From Phycisphaerae bacterium (lineage in GTDB: Bacteria; Planctomycetota; Phycisphaerae; UBA1845; PWPN01), in contig JAAYDF010000143.1 of assembly GCA_012729395.1 (NCBI GenBank), positions 7,971 through 71,970 on the forward strand: a stretch of 64,000 bases of DNA. Direction: 5' to 3'. Position numbers and translations under genes: made by a program. Shown here in pieces: positions 9,588 to 18,457 of the stretch. The notes below the pieces were generated by a model, which worked only from the letters and a program-made list of their open reading frames with translations, was not told where the DNA came from and made no database searches. Each line of letters begins with the position of its first letter. Within the stretch, counting starts at the first letter, position 1.

Positions 9588-9845
9588 ATGCGACGACAGC
9601 GGAAATGGTGGATGATGTGGGTCTTGTTGGCTGCTCCTCTTGTTGGAACGGCCTGGGCGGATCTGAGTTGCATCAGCAAAGCAGCCCGCAACATCAACCC
9701 GTGCGGCACGATTCTGAACTGTGACCCGATCGAGTACGATCTATTGATGCACGATTATCCCGACTGGAGTCTGGACCCGACCTGCACGATCCCGGGATTG
9801 TGCGGCGGGCAGTACCCCTATGGCTCGGGCGACGACGACGAGTGA
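9588..9845 (+). CDS. Small secreted Cys-rich protein P6 (85 aa) with acidic C-terminus
   Basis: MRRQRKWWMMWVLLAAPLVGTAWA signal, five Cys, and a GSGDDDE tail. The Cys spacing motifs align with P5 (LLDCEN/ILNCDP; VDCTPAGG/PTCTIPGLCGG). Confidence 0.6.
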   Translation: MRRQRKWWMMWVLLAAPLVGTAWADLSCISKAARNINPCGTILNCDPIEYDLLMHDYPDWSLDPTCTIPGLCGGQYPYGSGDDDE

Positions 9846-9923
9846 CGGGCTGGACTTCGTGAGGCGCGGCACCGGGGGCATGCTGTCTGTCGTCTCGTGA
9901 ACCGGTTGAGATGCAGATGATGA

Positions 9924-9962
9924 GAACGCCTGTGTCCGAATGGGTGCAGGCGTTTTCCTTTT
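9924..9962. terminator. Hairpin plus T-run between convergent P6 and the regulator gene
   Basis: gaacgcctg ... caggcgtt(t) stem followed by ttccttt. Confidence 0.4.
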
Positions 9963-10026
9963 CGCGGGCAGTGACTTGCCGCGCATTGGCCGAGAAGCGA
10001 TGCTCGCTTGCCAGTAACCATGTGCC

Positions 10027-11139
10027 TCAGTGAGCTTGAGAGGTCGAGCTGCGGACAATCAGCCAGGTCGGCAGGAGGTCAATCCGGGTGTCGACCTGTT
10101 TGCCGTTGATGAGCCGCGCGATGTGCTGGTAGGCCCGCATACCCATTTCTTCGAGCGGTTGACGCACCGTGGTCAAAGGCGGATTGAGCAGGGCCGCGGA
10201 CTTGGTGTCGTCGAAGCCCACGAGGGAGATGGCGTTGGGCACGGAAATGTGGAGTTCCCGAAGGAGAGTGAGGGCCTCAAGGGCAAGGTAGTAACCGCCG
10301 GCCACGATCGCGGTCGGGCGGTTCTTGCTCTGAAGGGTAGCCGTCAGCCGGCCCATGGCGGCACCGGCCGCCTTGGCCAGCTCGGCATTGTAGACCAAAT
10401 TCTCGGCGACGGGGAGCCCGTGTGCACGCATCTCCGCCATGTATCCCTCGTAACGGTGAAGGCAATTCGTCGAATCGAGAGGGCCGTTCAAGATCGCGAT
10501 TCTTCGGTGGCCCAGCTCAATGAGATGCCGTACCGCCGCTTGCATGCCCTGGAAGTTCTGCGAGTCCACGCAGTGAAGGGTGGTGTCTTCCAGAGAGGCA
10601 CCCAGGACCAGAACCGGTCTTCTGGTTGCTGCTTCCTCCAGCATGGCAAACTGATGGCGATCGGGGTGGAAGCAGAGCAGGCCGTCCGCGCTGAGTACGT
10701 CGAGATCGCGGAGCGAGTGGCATCGCTGGATGACCAGTTCTCCGACGGGTTCGATGAGTTCGGCGGCCTCTCGAACGCCGGCGATAAGCCGACCGTGATA
10801 GAAGTCGCCCAGTGGATTGCACGGATGCAGCACCAAGCCGACGCGGAACTGCGGCTTGGCAGCCACTTGTGCCTCAAAATCATTGCGGACGAATGTGCCC
10901 CGGCCTCGTTCGCGGCGGACCCACCCTTCCTGGACAAGACACTGAATGGCCTTGTGCGCGGTGATCAGACTGACGTTGATCTGGGCGCTGATCTCGCCGG
11001 TGTTGGGCAGCTTCGAGTTGGGAGGGAAGCGTCCCTTGCGGATGGCCTCGGCAAGGATGCTCTTAGCCTGGAGGTAGCGGGGAACCGCTGACTCGGTGTC
11101 GACCTTATCGAGATGGACGAGCGGGCATCTGCCGGCCAC
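10027..11139 (-). CDS. GntR-type wHTH / LacI-type sugar-binding-domain transcriptional regulator
   Basis: N-terminus PRYLQAKSILAEAIRKGRFPPNSKLPNTGEISAQINVSLITAHKAIQCLVQEGWVRRERGRGTFV (GntR HTH). The C-terminus has the periplasmic-binding-fold pattern (ISLVGFDD...L.PPLTTVRQP). The start is uncertain: a GTG at 11139 with GGGGAG upstream is preferred over the track start at 11259. Confidence 0.75.
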   Translation of the reverse strand: MAGRCPLVHLDKVDTESAVPRYLQAKSILAEAIRKGRFPPNSKLPNTGEISAQINVSLITAHKAIQCLVQEGWVRRERGRGTFVRNDFEAQVAAKPQFRVGLVLHPCNPLGDFYHGRLIAGVREAAELIEPVGELVIQRCHSLRDLDVLSADGLLCFHPDRHQFAMLEEAATRRPVLVLGASLEDTTLHCVDSQNFQGMQAAVRHLIELGHRRIAILNGPLDSTNCLHRYEGYMAEMRAHGLPVAENLVYNAELAKAAGAAMGRLTATLQSKNRPTAIVAGGYYLALEALTLLRELHISVPNAISLVGFDDTKSAALLNPPLTTVRQPLEEMGMRAYQHIARLINGKQVDTRIDLLPTWLIVRSSTSQAH

Positions 11140-11596
11140 GACAATTGTCTCCCCTACGATTTGGACGGCGGCACGGAGACCTCTCCCAGGGCACCCGGCT
11201 CGTTGCGGGTACACCGCTCGTAGCCCTTGGTCCGCATGCAGATCAACACCGCCAAGCACGCATTATATAACGATTCTCTCCGGCTCTCAAGGGGCGCTGT
11301 AGAAGAGCGGATTCAAACCTCCCACGGGCGGGTGCTTAAAGCGAGGTTGTAGCCTTGTCCGTAGGGCTGTCGGTTTCCGTTGTTCCTTTGGCGGCCTGCA
11401 AGGCGGGGGGCTCCCGACCAAACCGGAGGGAGCTTCTCTCGTACTGGCCCGCCCCGGGCCCGCCTTGAGGGGCTGGTGCGGCATCACTGCTTCCTGGGTT
11501 GTGGGGGAAGGCGAAGGGTGGCGGGGCGGGAGCGTGATGCGGCCAATGGCGGGTGAACGGTTCCGGGGCAAGCGGCGTGAATGCCGGGAGGTTGGC

Positions 11597-12664
11597 GTGA
11601 CGGACACACAGGAGCGCAACGGGCGGGATGACTGGGGCGTGGCGAAGACGGGGGGTGTGTTGGAGGAGGCGTTGGTGATCGAGTCTCACCGGCTGGAGGG
11701 GACGCGGGCGCCGGAGGTGGTGCTGATTGCCCCCTGGGGCGACGTGCACTCGGTGAACGGGAGATTCGTGGTTGACGAAGAGGCCGTCCGGTTGGTGGTG
11801 GCGGCGTACGAACGGCACGCCACGGACATCCCGATCGACTACGAGCATCAGAGTCTGGGTGGGGTGTACGCCTCCCCGACGGGTCAGGCTCCGGCGGCGG
11901 GTTGGATTCGAGCCTTGCGTGCGGTATCGCCGGAGGATGCGGCGGCGGGCGAGGCGGGTCTGTTGGCCGAGGTGGCGTGGACGGCAGCGGCCCAGGCGAA
12001 GCTGTCGGCCGGTGAGTACCGGTACCTCTCGCCGGTGGTTCTGGTGCGCAAAACCGACCGCCGGGTGGTGGGATTGCACTCGGCGGCTCTGACCAACAAG
12101 CCGGCCATCGTGGGCATGAGACCCATCGTCAACCGGGTTGAGCTGGAGAGAGGGATCGCGACGGTGGAAGGGGACGCGGTGGTGGACACGGGTGTGCCCG
12201 ATGGCTGTGTGGTCGGGGGTTTGGCGGCCGGCATCGAGGTTTTGCGGCGACGACTGAGGCTGGACCGGGGCAGTGACCCGGTGGAGGTGTTGTTGGCGGC
12301 GGATCGACGGTTGGGGGTGCTGATGACCGAGGCTGCCGAGCGTGAGGCTTCGGCGAAAGTTGCGGCGGCCATGCAGGCCGGGCAACTCGCGCCGGCCCAG
12401 CGGGAGTGGGCGGTTCGCTTGGCGTTGAGCGACCCCGTCGCGTTCACGGAGTGGGCGGCGTCGGCGCCCGCGGTGGTCATGATCGGGCGCACGCAGCCTC
12501 CGAGCGGCGATGCGGCCCGGCAAGGTCGGGATCGGGCGGCGGTGATCGCCTCGGCCCGGGCTTCCTTTTCCGCCGAGCCGGATCTCGCGGCGCTGACCAG
12601 TGAGTCAGCGTGGGTGAATGACGCCCTGCGCGAGGCGGGGCTGGGGCCGGACAGCGAGAAATGA
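11597..12664 (+). CDS. Mu-like prophage protein I family (head maturation protease/scaffold)
   Basis: PIDYEHQS, AGWIRAL, YRYLSPVV and LTNKPAIVGM match my recollection of the Mu gpI family (PF10123). The Ala-rich helical C-terminal half looks scaffold-like. The start is uncertain: the GTG at 11597 has GGGAGG 5 nt upstream, while the track ORF begins at 11465. Confidence 0.7.
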   Translation: MTDTQERNGRDDWGVAKTGGVLEEALVIESHRLEGTRAPEVVLIAPWGDVHSVNGRFVVDEEAVRLVVAAYERHATDIPIDYEHQSLGGVYASPTGQAPAAGWIRALRAVSPEDAAAGEAGLLAEVAWTAAAQAKLSAGEYRYLSPVVLVRKTDRRVVGLHSAALTNKPAIVGMRPIVNRVELERGIATVEGDAVVDTGVPDGCVVGGLAAGIEVLRRRLRLDRGSDPVEVLLAADRRLGVLMTEAAEREASAKVAAAMQAGQLAPAQREWAVRLALSDPVAFTEWAASAPAVVMIGRTQPPSGDAARQGRDRAAVIASARASFSAEPDLAALTSESAWVNDALREAGLGPDSEK

Positions 12665-12818
12665 GAAGCATGCTTCTGTGGTGGGTGTCTGTGGCCGTGC
12701 TGGTGGCCGGGCTCAGGGACGCACACAAGCAAGACTCTCTCGGTTCTCCATTGTCGATTCAGGATTTGGATTTGAGCGGCGTCGGGTTCACGGGTCTTAG
12801 GCAAGAAGAGGTGCATGG

Positions 12819-13577
12819 ATGGCTTTGACGAACAATCGGCAGGTGGATCGGTATGTGGATCAGGAGATGCGTACGTTGCCCGTGGCGATGGATGCGCACA
12901 TCTACAAAGGAGCGTTGGTCGGGCTTTCAGGCGGGTATGCTCGGCCGTTGGAGGCGGGCGATATCTTCGCTGGGGTCGCTTACGAGGAGATGGACAACAC
13001 GGCCGGTCAGCCCGGCGATCTGGTGGTGCGGGTCTTCACGCAGGGTGATTTCGAGCACGAGCTGGCGGGCGCGGATCGGGTTCACAATCTCGGGCCGATC
13101 TTCGCCTCGGACGATCAGACGCTGACGGTCAACTCGTCGGGTCACAGTTTTGTGGGGCATCAGATCGACGTGGTCGGAGATGACCGGATTGTAGTGCGGA
13201 TTCAGGTTGCGCCGATGCCGTTGGCGGGAGGGACGATGGCTGGTCCGCTGGTTTCGGCGGGGCTCAAGCACCAAGTGGTGACGAAGGTGAGTGCCACCAA
13301 TGTGGCGATCGGGGTTGCGGATTTGGGTGGTGTGATCGTGGTGACGGGCACGACGGCGTCGAGCTTGAACTTGCCGTCGGCCGCGGAGGCTGGGCCGGGG
13401 GCATGGTGCACTTTCATCAAGACGGGGCTCAGCGGGTTGCTGACGGTGACGCCGGCCGGCTCGGACAGTATCGACAGCGCGGGGAGCCACGCACTGATGG
13501 GCGCGGCTCATGACACGGTCACGATTGTGTGTGATGGTATGGGCTGGCATGTGGTGGCCTTGAAAATCGCCGCTTGA
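12819..13577 (+). CDS. Phage head-associated protein, DUF2190/decoration-like N-terminal half
   Basis: IYKGALVGL..GYARPL..GDIFAGVAYEE.D...G......V.TQGDF resembles the DUF2190-type phage head protein pattern. It sits between the protease/scaffold and major capsid genes. AAGAGG RBS. Confidence 0.5.
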   Translation: MALTNNRQVDRYVDQEMRTLPVAMDAHIYKGALVGLSGGYARPLEAGDIFAGVAYEEMDNTAGQPGDLVVRVFTQGDFEHELAGADRVHNLGPIFASDDQTLTVNSSGHSFVGHQIDVVGDDRIVVRIQVAPMPLAGGTMAGPLVSAGLKHQVVTKVSATNVAIGVADLGGVIVVTGTTASSLNLPSAAEAGPGAWCTFIKTGLSGLLTVTPAGSDSIDSAGSHALMGAAHDTVTIVCDGMGWHVVALKIAA

Positions 13578-13712
13578 CCGTCCGCAAGAGGATCTGTGAC
13601 CGTATGTGTGCGTTGATTGAGACATATGCCATTGGGCCACGGCTGGAGCCGACAGCGATTGACGCCCAGTCGGGTGCCGGCGGCTTTTCAGAGAAGAGGG
13701 TGAGGTGTATCG

Positions 13713-14630
13713 ATGGCGGTGATGAATACGGGGCTGTTGACCAAGGGGCTTCGCAGCGAGTTCTTCGAGCGGTATGGCGCAACGACGACCTACTACCAGG
13801 ACCTGGCGACGCGGATTCCATCCACGTCGGATTCGGAGACGTACCAATGGCTTGGTACGGTGCCGCGGATGCGGGAATGGGGCACGGGGCGGCTGGCCCG
13901 CGGCCTGAGGACTGAGAGGTACTCGCTGGAAAACCTGAAATACGAGGCGACGATCGAGGTCGACCGCGACGAGATCGCCGACGACCAGACGGGCCAGATT
14001 CGGATCCGCGTGGGCGAATTGGCCCAGCGAGCGGCGACGCACAAGGACTACCTGCTCGGCCAGTTGATGGTCAACGGCGGGGCGGACGCTTGCCAGAGCT
14101 ACGATGGGGCGGCGTTTTTCAGCGACGGGCACGTGTCGGGCGGATCTGGTGTGCAGGACAACGATCTGACCTTCGCGGCGGCGGCGGAGAGCGATGAGCC
14201 GACCACGGAGGAGTTCAAGGGGTCGCTCAAGCAGGCGATGGCCCGGATGCTGTCGTTCAAAGACGACCAAGGCGAACCGTTGGCGCTGAACATGACCGGC
14301 ATGGTGTGTCTGGTGCCGCCGTCGATGCTCTTCACGGCGATGGAGGCGGTGAACGCGACGGTGATCAACCAGACGTCGAACGTCCTGCAGGGAGCGGCTC
14401 GGGTGGTGGCTTTGCCGTGGCTGACCTCGCCGGCGGTGTGGTACCTGCTCAAGACGGATGGGGTGGTGCGGCCGTTCATTTTCCAGGACCGAGAGCCGAT
14501 CGAGTTTGGATCGCTGACGGAGGCGAGCGAGGAGGGATTCAAGCGAGAGAAGCTGCTGTTCGGGGTTCGGGCTCGATATCGGATGGCATACGGGTACTGG
14601 CAATTCGCTGTGCGGACGACGTTCGTGTGA
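13713..14630 (+). CDS. Mu-like major head subunit gpT family (HK97-fold capsid protein)
   Basis: 305 aa. YQWLGTVPRMREWGTGR, YDGAAFFSDGH, VRPFIFQDREPIE and LLFGVRARYRMAYGYWQFAV align with remembered Mu gpT motifs (YGWLG..P.L.EW.G.R, YDGQNFF..EH, VKPFIFQER, FLFG......GYGFWQMAV). Confidence 0.8.
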   Translation: MAVMNTGLLTKGLRSEFFERYGATTTYYQDLATRIPSTSDSETYQWLGTVPRMREWGTGRLARGLRTERYSLENLKYEATIEVDRDEIADDQTGQIRIRVGELAQRAATHKDYLLGQLMVNGGADACQSYDGAAFFSDGHVSGGSGVQDNDLTFAAAAESDEPTTEEFKGSLKQAMARMLSFKDDQGEPLALNMTGMVCLVPPSMLFTAMEAVNATVINQTSNVLQGAARVVALPWLTSPAVWYLLKTDGVVRPFIFQDREPIEFGSLTEASEEGFKREKLLFGVRARYRMAYGYWQFAVRTTFV

Positions 14631-14749
14631 GCGAGATGAGCGGTATGGAGGGGGGCTGCAGGCCGGCCCGGAGCTTTGGTTCCGGGCCGGCCAACTGTTG
14701 CGCTTCTCAATCAGCAAAGGGTGTCACTCGCTGGACGCCTGGCTCCTGC

Positions 14750-14890
14750 GGCAAAAATGGCGAATGCCCAAGGCCCAATGACCAATCAATGACCAAGCCC
14801 GAAGCCAGAACGCCAACCGCGGGCGGGGACGTTGGTTGTGGGTCGTTTGGACTTCATGGGTCATTGGGGCTTCGCCATGGTCATTTCGCC
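14750..14890. repeat. Hairpin-forming MITE-like repeat, family 1, copy A
   Basis: ggcgaatgcccaaggcccaatgaccaatcaatgaccaagcccgaa ... ggtcattggggcttcgccatggtcatttcgcc. The halves are imperfect inverted repeats. Near-identical copies lie at 19531-19672 and, inverted, at 59575-59715. Confidence 0.7.
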
Positions 14891-15196
14891 CGCGGATGGC
14901 GAATTATGCTCATCAGCAAAGAAGAGCCTGGCTTCGGTCTGGACCATGCGTGTGGCAGCGCGAGTACACTTGCGGTTGGCCGCGCTGCTCGACCGTGGCC
15001 CTGGGGGTTATGGGACGCGCGTACCTGTTCGCCGGCCAACCGCAACGCGGTGCGAGATGACACCACGGGCTTTGGTCGGGGGCGTGCTCGTTGGCGGGGT
15101 GAGGCAGGGACGGTATAATAGCCACACCTTTCCAAGCCAGTCAGGGCAGGAGGCCTCAGTGTTGGGGGGATCCACCCGATCGGGAAGGGAGGTCCG

Positions 15197-16270
15197 ATGC
15201 GTCGCGTGGCGGTCATCAATCAGAAGGGCGGAGTGGGGAAAACCACTACGGCGGTGAACGTGGCGGCGGCCCTGGCGCGGGCCGGGCATCGCGTGTTGGT
15301 GATTGACCTCGACCCGCAGGCCCATTTGAGCTTGCACCTCGGGCTGGATCCGGCCGCCGGTCGCCCGGGAACGTACGAACTCCTGACCGGCTCAACTTCC
15401 ATTGCCAAGGCCCGCGTGAAGGTGGCGAATAACCTGTGGGCGGTGGGGGCAAGTATTGACCTGGCGGCGGCGGAGGTGGAGTTGGTCAGCGTGGTCGGGC
15501 GGGAGGTCATCTTGCGCGACCTGCTGGACCACCACACCGGCCGGGAAACCGACGCGCAACCTCCTCGGTACGATTACGTGATTGTGGATTGCCCACCGTC
15601 CCTGGGTGTGCTGACGCTCAATGGTCTGTGTGCGACCCAGGAGGTGATTATTCCGCTGCAACCGCACTTCTTGGCGCTGCAGGGTGTGGGCAAGCTGCTG
15701 GAGACGGTGCTGTTGGTCAGTCGGCGAATCAACCCGTCGTTGCACGTCGAGGGCGTGGTGATTTGCATGCACGACGCGGGGACGAAGTTGGCTGCGGAGG
15801 TGGTCGGGGATGTGCGCTCGTTCATGGAGGCCGCTCGCGGGCAGAATGTGCCGTGGTCGTCGGCTCGATTATTCGAGACGATGATCCGCAGGAATATCAA
15901 GCTGGCGGAAGCTCCCAGCTATGGGAAGAGTATCTTCGACTATGCCGCTGACAGCAACGGAGCGAAGGATTACGAGCGGTTGGCCATGGAGATTCACCGC
16001 GGGGTTGTCGCGGCCGCTCCAGAGGTGTCACTGGAGGGTGGCAATGGTGACGCGGCCGCCCGGCAAGCCTTGGGGAGCGGCGAAGAGCCGACCGATCGTG
16101 TGCCTTTGCCGCCGGACATGGCCGGCCCGCTGGTCGAGCCGGTAGCCGCGGATCCGCTCGCGGAGCATTTGCGGACCAGTTCGGTTGCAGCCATGCCCGA
16201 TGCCATCGGCGGGGCCATGTCGCAGCGCGACGATTCTTCGCAGCCCGCCCCCATCCACGACCAGAGATAG
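15197..16270 (+). CDS. parA: ParA/Soj-family ATPase with a roughly 90-aa acidic/Pro-rich C-terminal extension; no parB adjacent
   Basis: MRRVAVINQKGGVGKTTTAVN (deviant Walker A with signature Lys), VLVIDLDPQ and YDYVIVDCPPSLG. Confidence 0.85.
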   Translation: MRRVAVINQKGGVGKTTTAVNVAAALARAGHRVLVIDLDPQAHLSLHLGLDPAAGRPGTYELLTGSTSIAKARVKVANNLWAVGASIDLAAAEVELVSVVGREVILRDLLDHHTGRETDAQPPRYDYVIVDCPPSLGVLTLNGLCATQEVIIPLQPHFLALQGVGKLLETVLLVSRRINPSLHVEGVVICMHDAGTKLAAEVVGDVRSFMEAARGQNVPWSSARLFETMIRRNIKLAEAPSYGKSIFDYAADSNGAKDYERLAMEIHRGVVAAAPEVSLEGGNGDAAARQALGSGEEPTDRVPLPPDMAGPLVEPVAADPLAEHLRTSSVAAMPDAIGGAMSQRDDSSQPAPIHDQR

Positions 16271-16374
16271 ATCACAAGCCGCCGCACGGCGAGCGGGTGA
16301 CCTGCTCCTTCCGTAACCCGAAGAGGTTTATGGTGGTGTCGTGCCGCGACCGCTATGCCCTGGCGTACGATGCC

Positions 16375-18402
16375 CTATGAATCGAGGGCAGCGCGGACTG
16401 TCTTGGCCAGTTCCATGAGCGTGAAGGGTTTATGCAGGAAGCCCGCCACGTTGGATGTGCCGGCCGACTGGTCGGCTTGGCCGTTGTCAAGGCCACTGGT
16501 CAGCAAGACGATGATATGGGGATAACGGGCGGCGATGAGTTCTGCCATCTCTCGTCCGGTGCACTTGGGCATATTCATGTCGCAGATGGCCAAGTTGATG
16601 TCCTCGGCATTACTGGCAAGGAACACCTGGGCGTGATCGGTATCCGAGTGTGTGATGACGCAGTAACCGAGCGAAGAAAGCATGTGTTGGATGGTCTGGC
16701 TGACCGTGGGTTCGTCGTCGATGATCAGGATGGTTTCGTTGCCGCGCGGCGGGCGTTCGCGTGGCGGTTGTGGGCTATGCACAGCGGCCTCAGGCCGACT
16801 GGCGATGGGGAGCCAGACGGCGGCGACGGTGCCTTTGCCGGGCTTGCTGGAGATCTTGATCTGTCCGTGATGGCCTCGGATGATGCCGTGGGCCGCCGAA
16901 AGCCCCATGCCTCGTCCGGTTTTTCTCGTGGTGAAGAATGGGTCGAAGATTCTCTCGATGATGCCGGGCTCGATACCGCAGCCGCGATCATGGACGCGGA
17001 GCTGGACATAGGTGTCGGGTGCTATCTGGAGGCGATCGGCGAGGGTGCGGCTGAGGATGCGTGCGGTTGTTCCGATGGTGATGTTGCCGGGCGCCTGGCT
17101 GGCCTGGATGGCGTTGAGGACGAGGTTCATGAGTACTTGCTCGATGCGTACCGGATCGGCCATGATCAGGGGCAGGTCCGCCTTGAGCTTGAGCACGAAT
17201 TGGATACCGGGAGGTGTCGCTCGCTGCAACATGGGCAACACGGAGCGAATCAGTCGGTTTAGATCGGTGGGTATGGGTTTGAGGACACCGCCTCGTGCGT
17301 AGGCCAGCAACTGCTGGGTCAGGGCCGATCCGCGCTCCGCCGCGGTGACGATATCCGCCACGGCTTCGTGTTTCTTGGGTGGCAGAGGGGGGGGCTTTTG
17401 CACGATAGCTGCGTTGCCCATGATGACCGCGAGGAGGTTGTTGAAGTCATGGGCGATGCCCCCGGCCAGCGTGCCGATGCTCTCCAGTTTCTGGGCCTGA
17501 AGGAACTGTTCCTCGATTCGCTTGCGTTCGGTGATGTCGGCGATGAAGCCTTCGAGGAAAAGAAGTTCCCCTTCGTCCGAGAAGACGCCGCGGCCCTGTT
17601 CCCAAACCCATTTTTCAGTGTTTTGGGCGGTGATGATGCGGTAGGTGGTCTGGAACGGTCGATGGCTCTGCAGTGCCGCCTGGACGGTGGTCCAGACGTG
17701 GTGCTGGTCGTCCGGATGGATGATATCGCTGAAGGAGACGTGTTTGTTGTTCGCCAGGTCCGCCGGCTGATATCCGGTCAGCTCGGTGCATCCTTCGCTG
17801 ACAAAAATCATGGTCCAGTTGGGATCGTTCAGGCAGCGGTAGACCATGCCGGGCAGGTTGCTCATCAGCGTGGAAAGAACACGCTGGCTCTCCGCGAGGG
17901 CCTGCTCGGCGCGCTTGTGCTCGGTGATGTCAATGGCCATTTCGTAGCGGACGAGGCGACCGTCCGGCCAGGGAATGGCCTTGTCGATGCACCGGTACCA
18001 TCGCTTGTTGATCAGGTTCTGGAACTCCCAGACGTGTGGCTGGCCGGCTTTCTCCCCGAAGATCAGGTGGTTGGTGCAGAATTCGCAGGGGGAGTCGCGC
18101 CCCTGCAATACCTCAAAGCACTGGCGACCAATGACTTCGCCCCAGTAGCGGCGGAAGGCGTGGTTGACGTAGAGCAGCTCGAAGGTGTTCGGGTCGCTGA
18201 CGTAGATCGGCTCATCGATGCTTTCGAGGATGGACTGTAGCTGTTGCAGTTCGGCGCACGGGGTGTCTTCGCGGCGCTCCGCGGTATGCGGGTCTTTGCC
18301 AGCCAGGAGGGTCGCCGCCTCGTTTTCCAGTTCCGCCACCCGGGCGCGGAGTACATCCAATTCTTTCAGGAGGGTCGTCGGGTCGGCATGCGGGTCATGC
18401 AT
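16375..18402 (-). CDS. Hybrid sensor histidine kinase (coiled coil, 2x PAS, HisKA, HATPase_c, C-terminal receiver)
   Basis: H-box IAHDFNNLL, N/G boxes (NLVLNAIQA, DRGCGI, GRGMGL), and receiver ILIIDDEP...ICDMNMP...LHKPF. Confidence 0.85.
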   Translation of the reverse strand: MHDPHADPTTLLKELDVLRARVAELENEAATLLAGKDPHTAERREDTPCAELQQLQSILESIDEPIYVSDPNTFELLYVNHAFRRYWGEVIGRQCFEVLQGRDSPCEFCTNHLIFGEKAGQPHVWEFQNLINKRWYRCIDKAIPWPDGRLVRYEMAIDITEHKRAEQALAESQRVLSTLMSNLPGMVYRCLNDPNWTMIFVSEGCTELTGYQPADLANNKHVSFSDIIHPDDQHHVWTTVQAALQSHRPFQTTYRIITAQNTEKWVWEQGRGVFSDEGELLFLEGFIADITERKRIEEQFLQAQKLESIGTLAGGIAHDFNNLLAVIMGNAAIVQKPPPLPPKKHEAVADIVTAAERGSALTQQLLAYARGGVLKPIPTDLNRLIRSVLPMLQRATPPGIQFVLKLKADLPLIMADPVRIEQVLMNLVLNAIQASQAPGNITIGTTARILSRTLADRLQIAPDTYVQLRVHDRGCGIEPGIIERIFDPFFTTRKTGRGMGLSAAHGIIRGHHGQIKISSKPGKGTVAAVWLPIASRPEAAVHSPQPPRERPPRGNETILIIDDEPTVSQTIQHMLSSLGYCVITHSDTDHAQVFLASNAEDINLAICDMNMPKCTGREMAELIAARYPHIIVLLTSGLDNGQADQSAGTSNVAGFLHKPFTLMELAKTVRAALDS

Positions 18403-18457
18403 GGCTGTCCTGGCATAGGCACCAGACGGCCGCTGCGCGAACGTCGGAATCCGGGAC

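Noticed and set aside
11597-14630. Calling this region a prophage
   Set aside because: Only three head genes are present. There is no integrase or transposase, portal, terminase, tail or lysis gene in the 64-kb window, so it is reported as an orphan capsid module rather than a mobile element.
11336-14717. Long minus-strand ORFs 11336..12523 (395 aa), 11884..12816 (310 aa) and 12927..14717 (596 aa)
   Set aside because: They are antisense to the gpI-like, DUF2190-like and gpT-like genes, which carry recognisable family motifs and RBSs. The antisense translations are Arg/Pro/His-rich low-complexity sequence.
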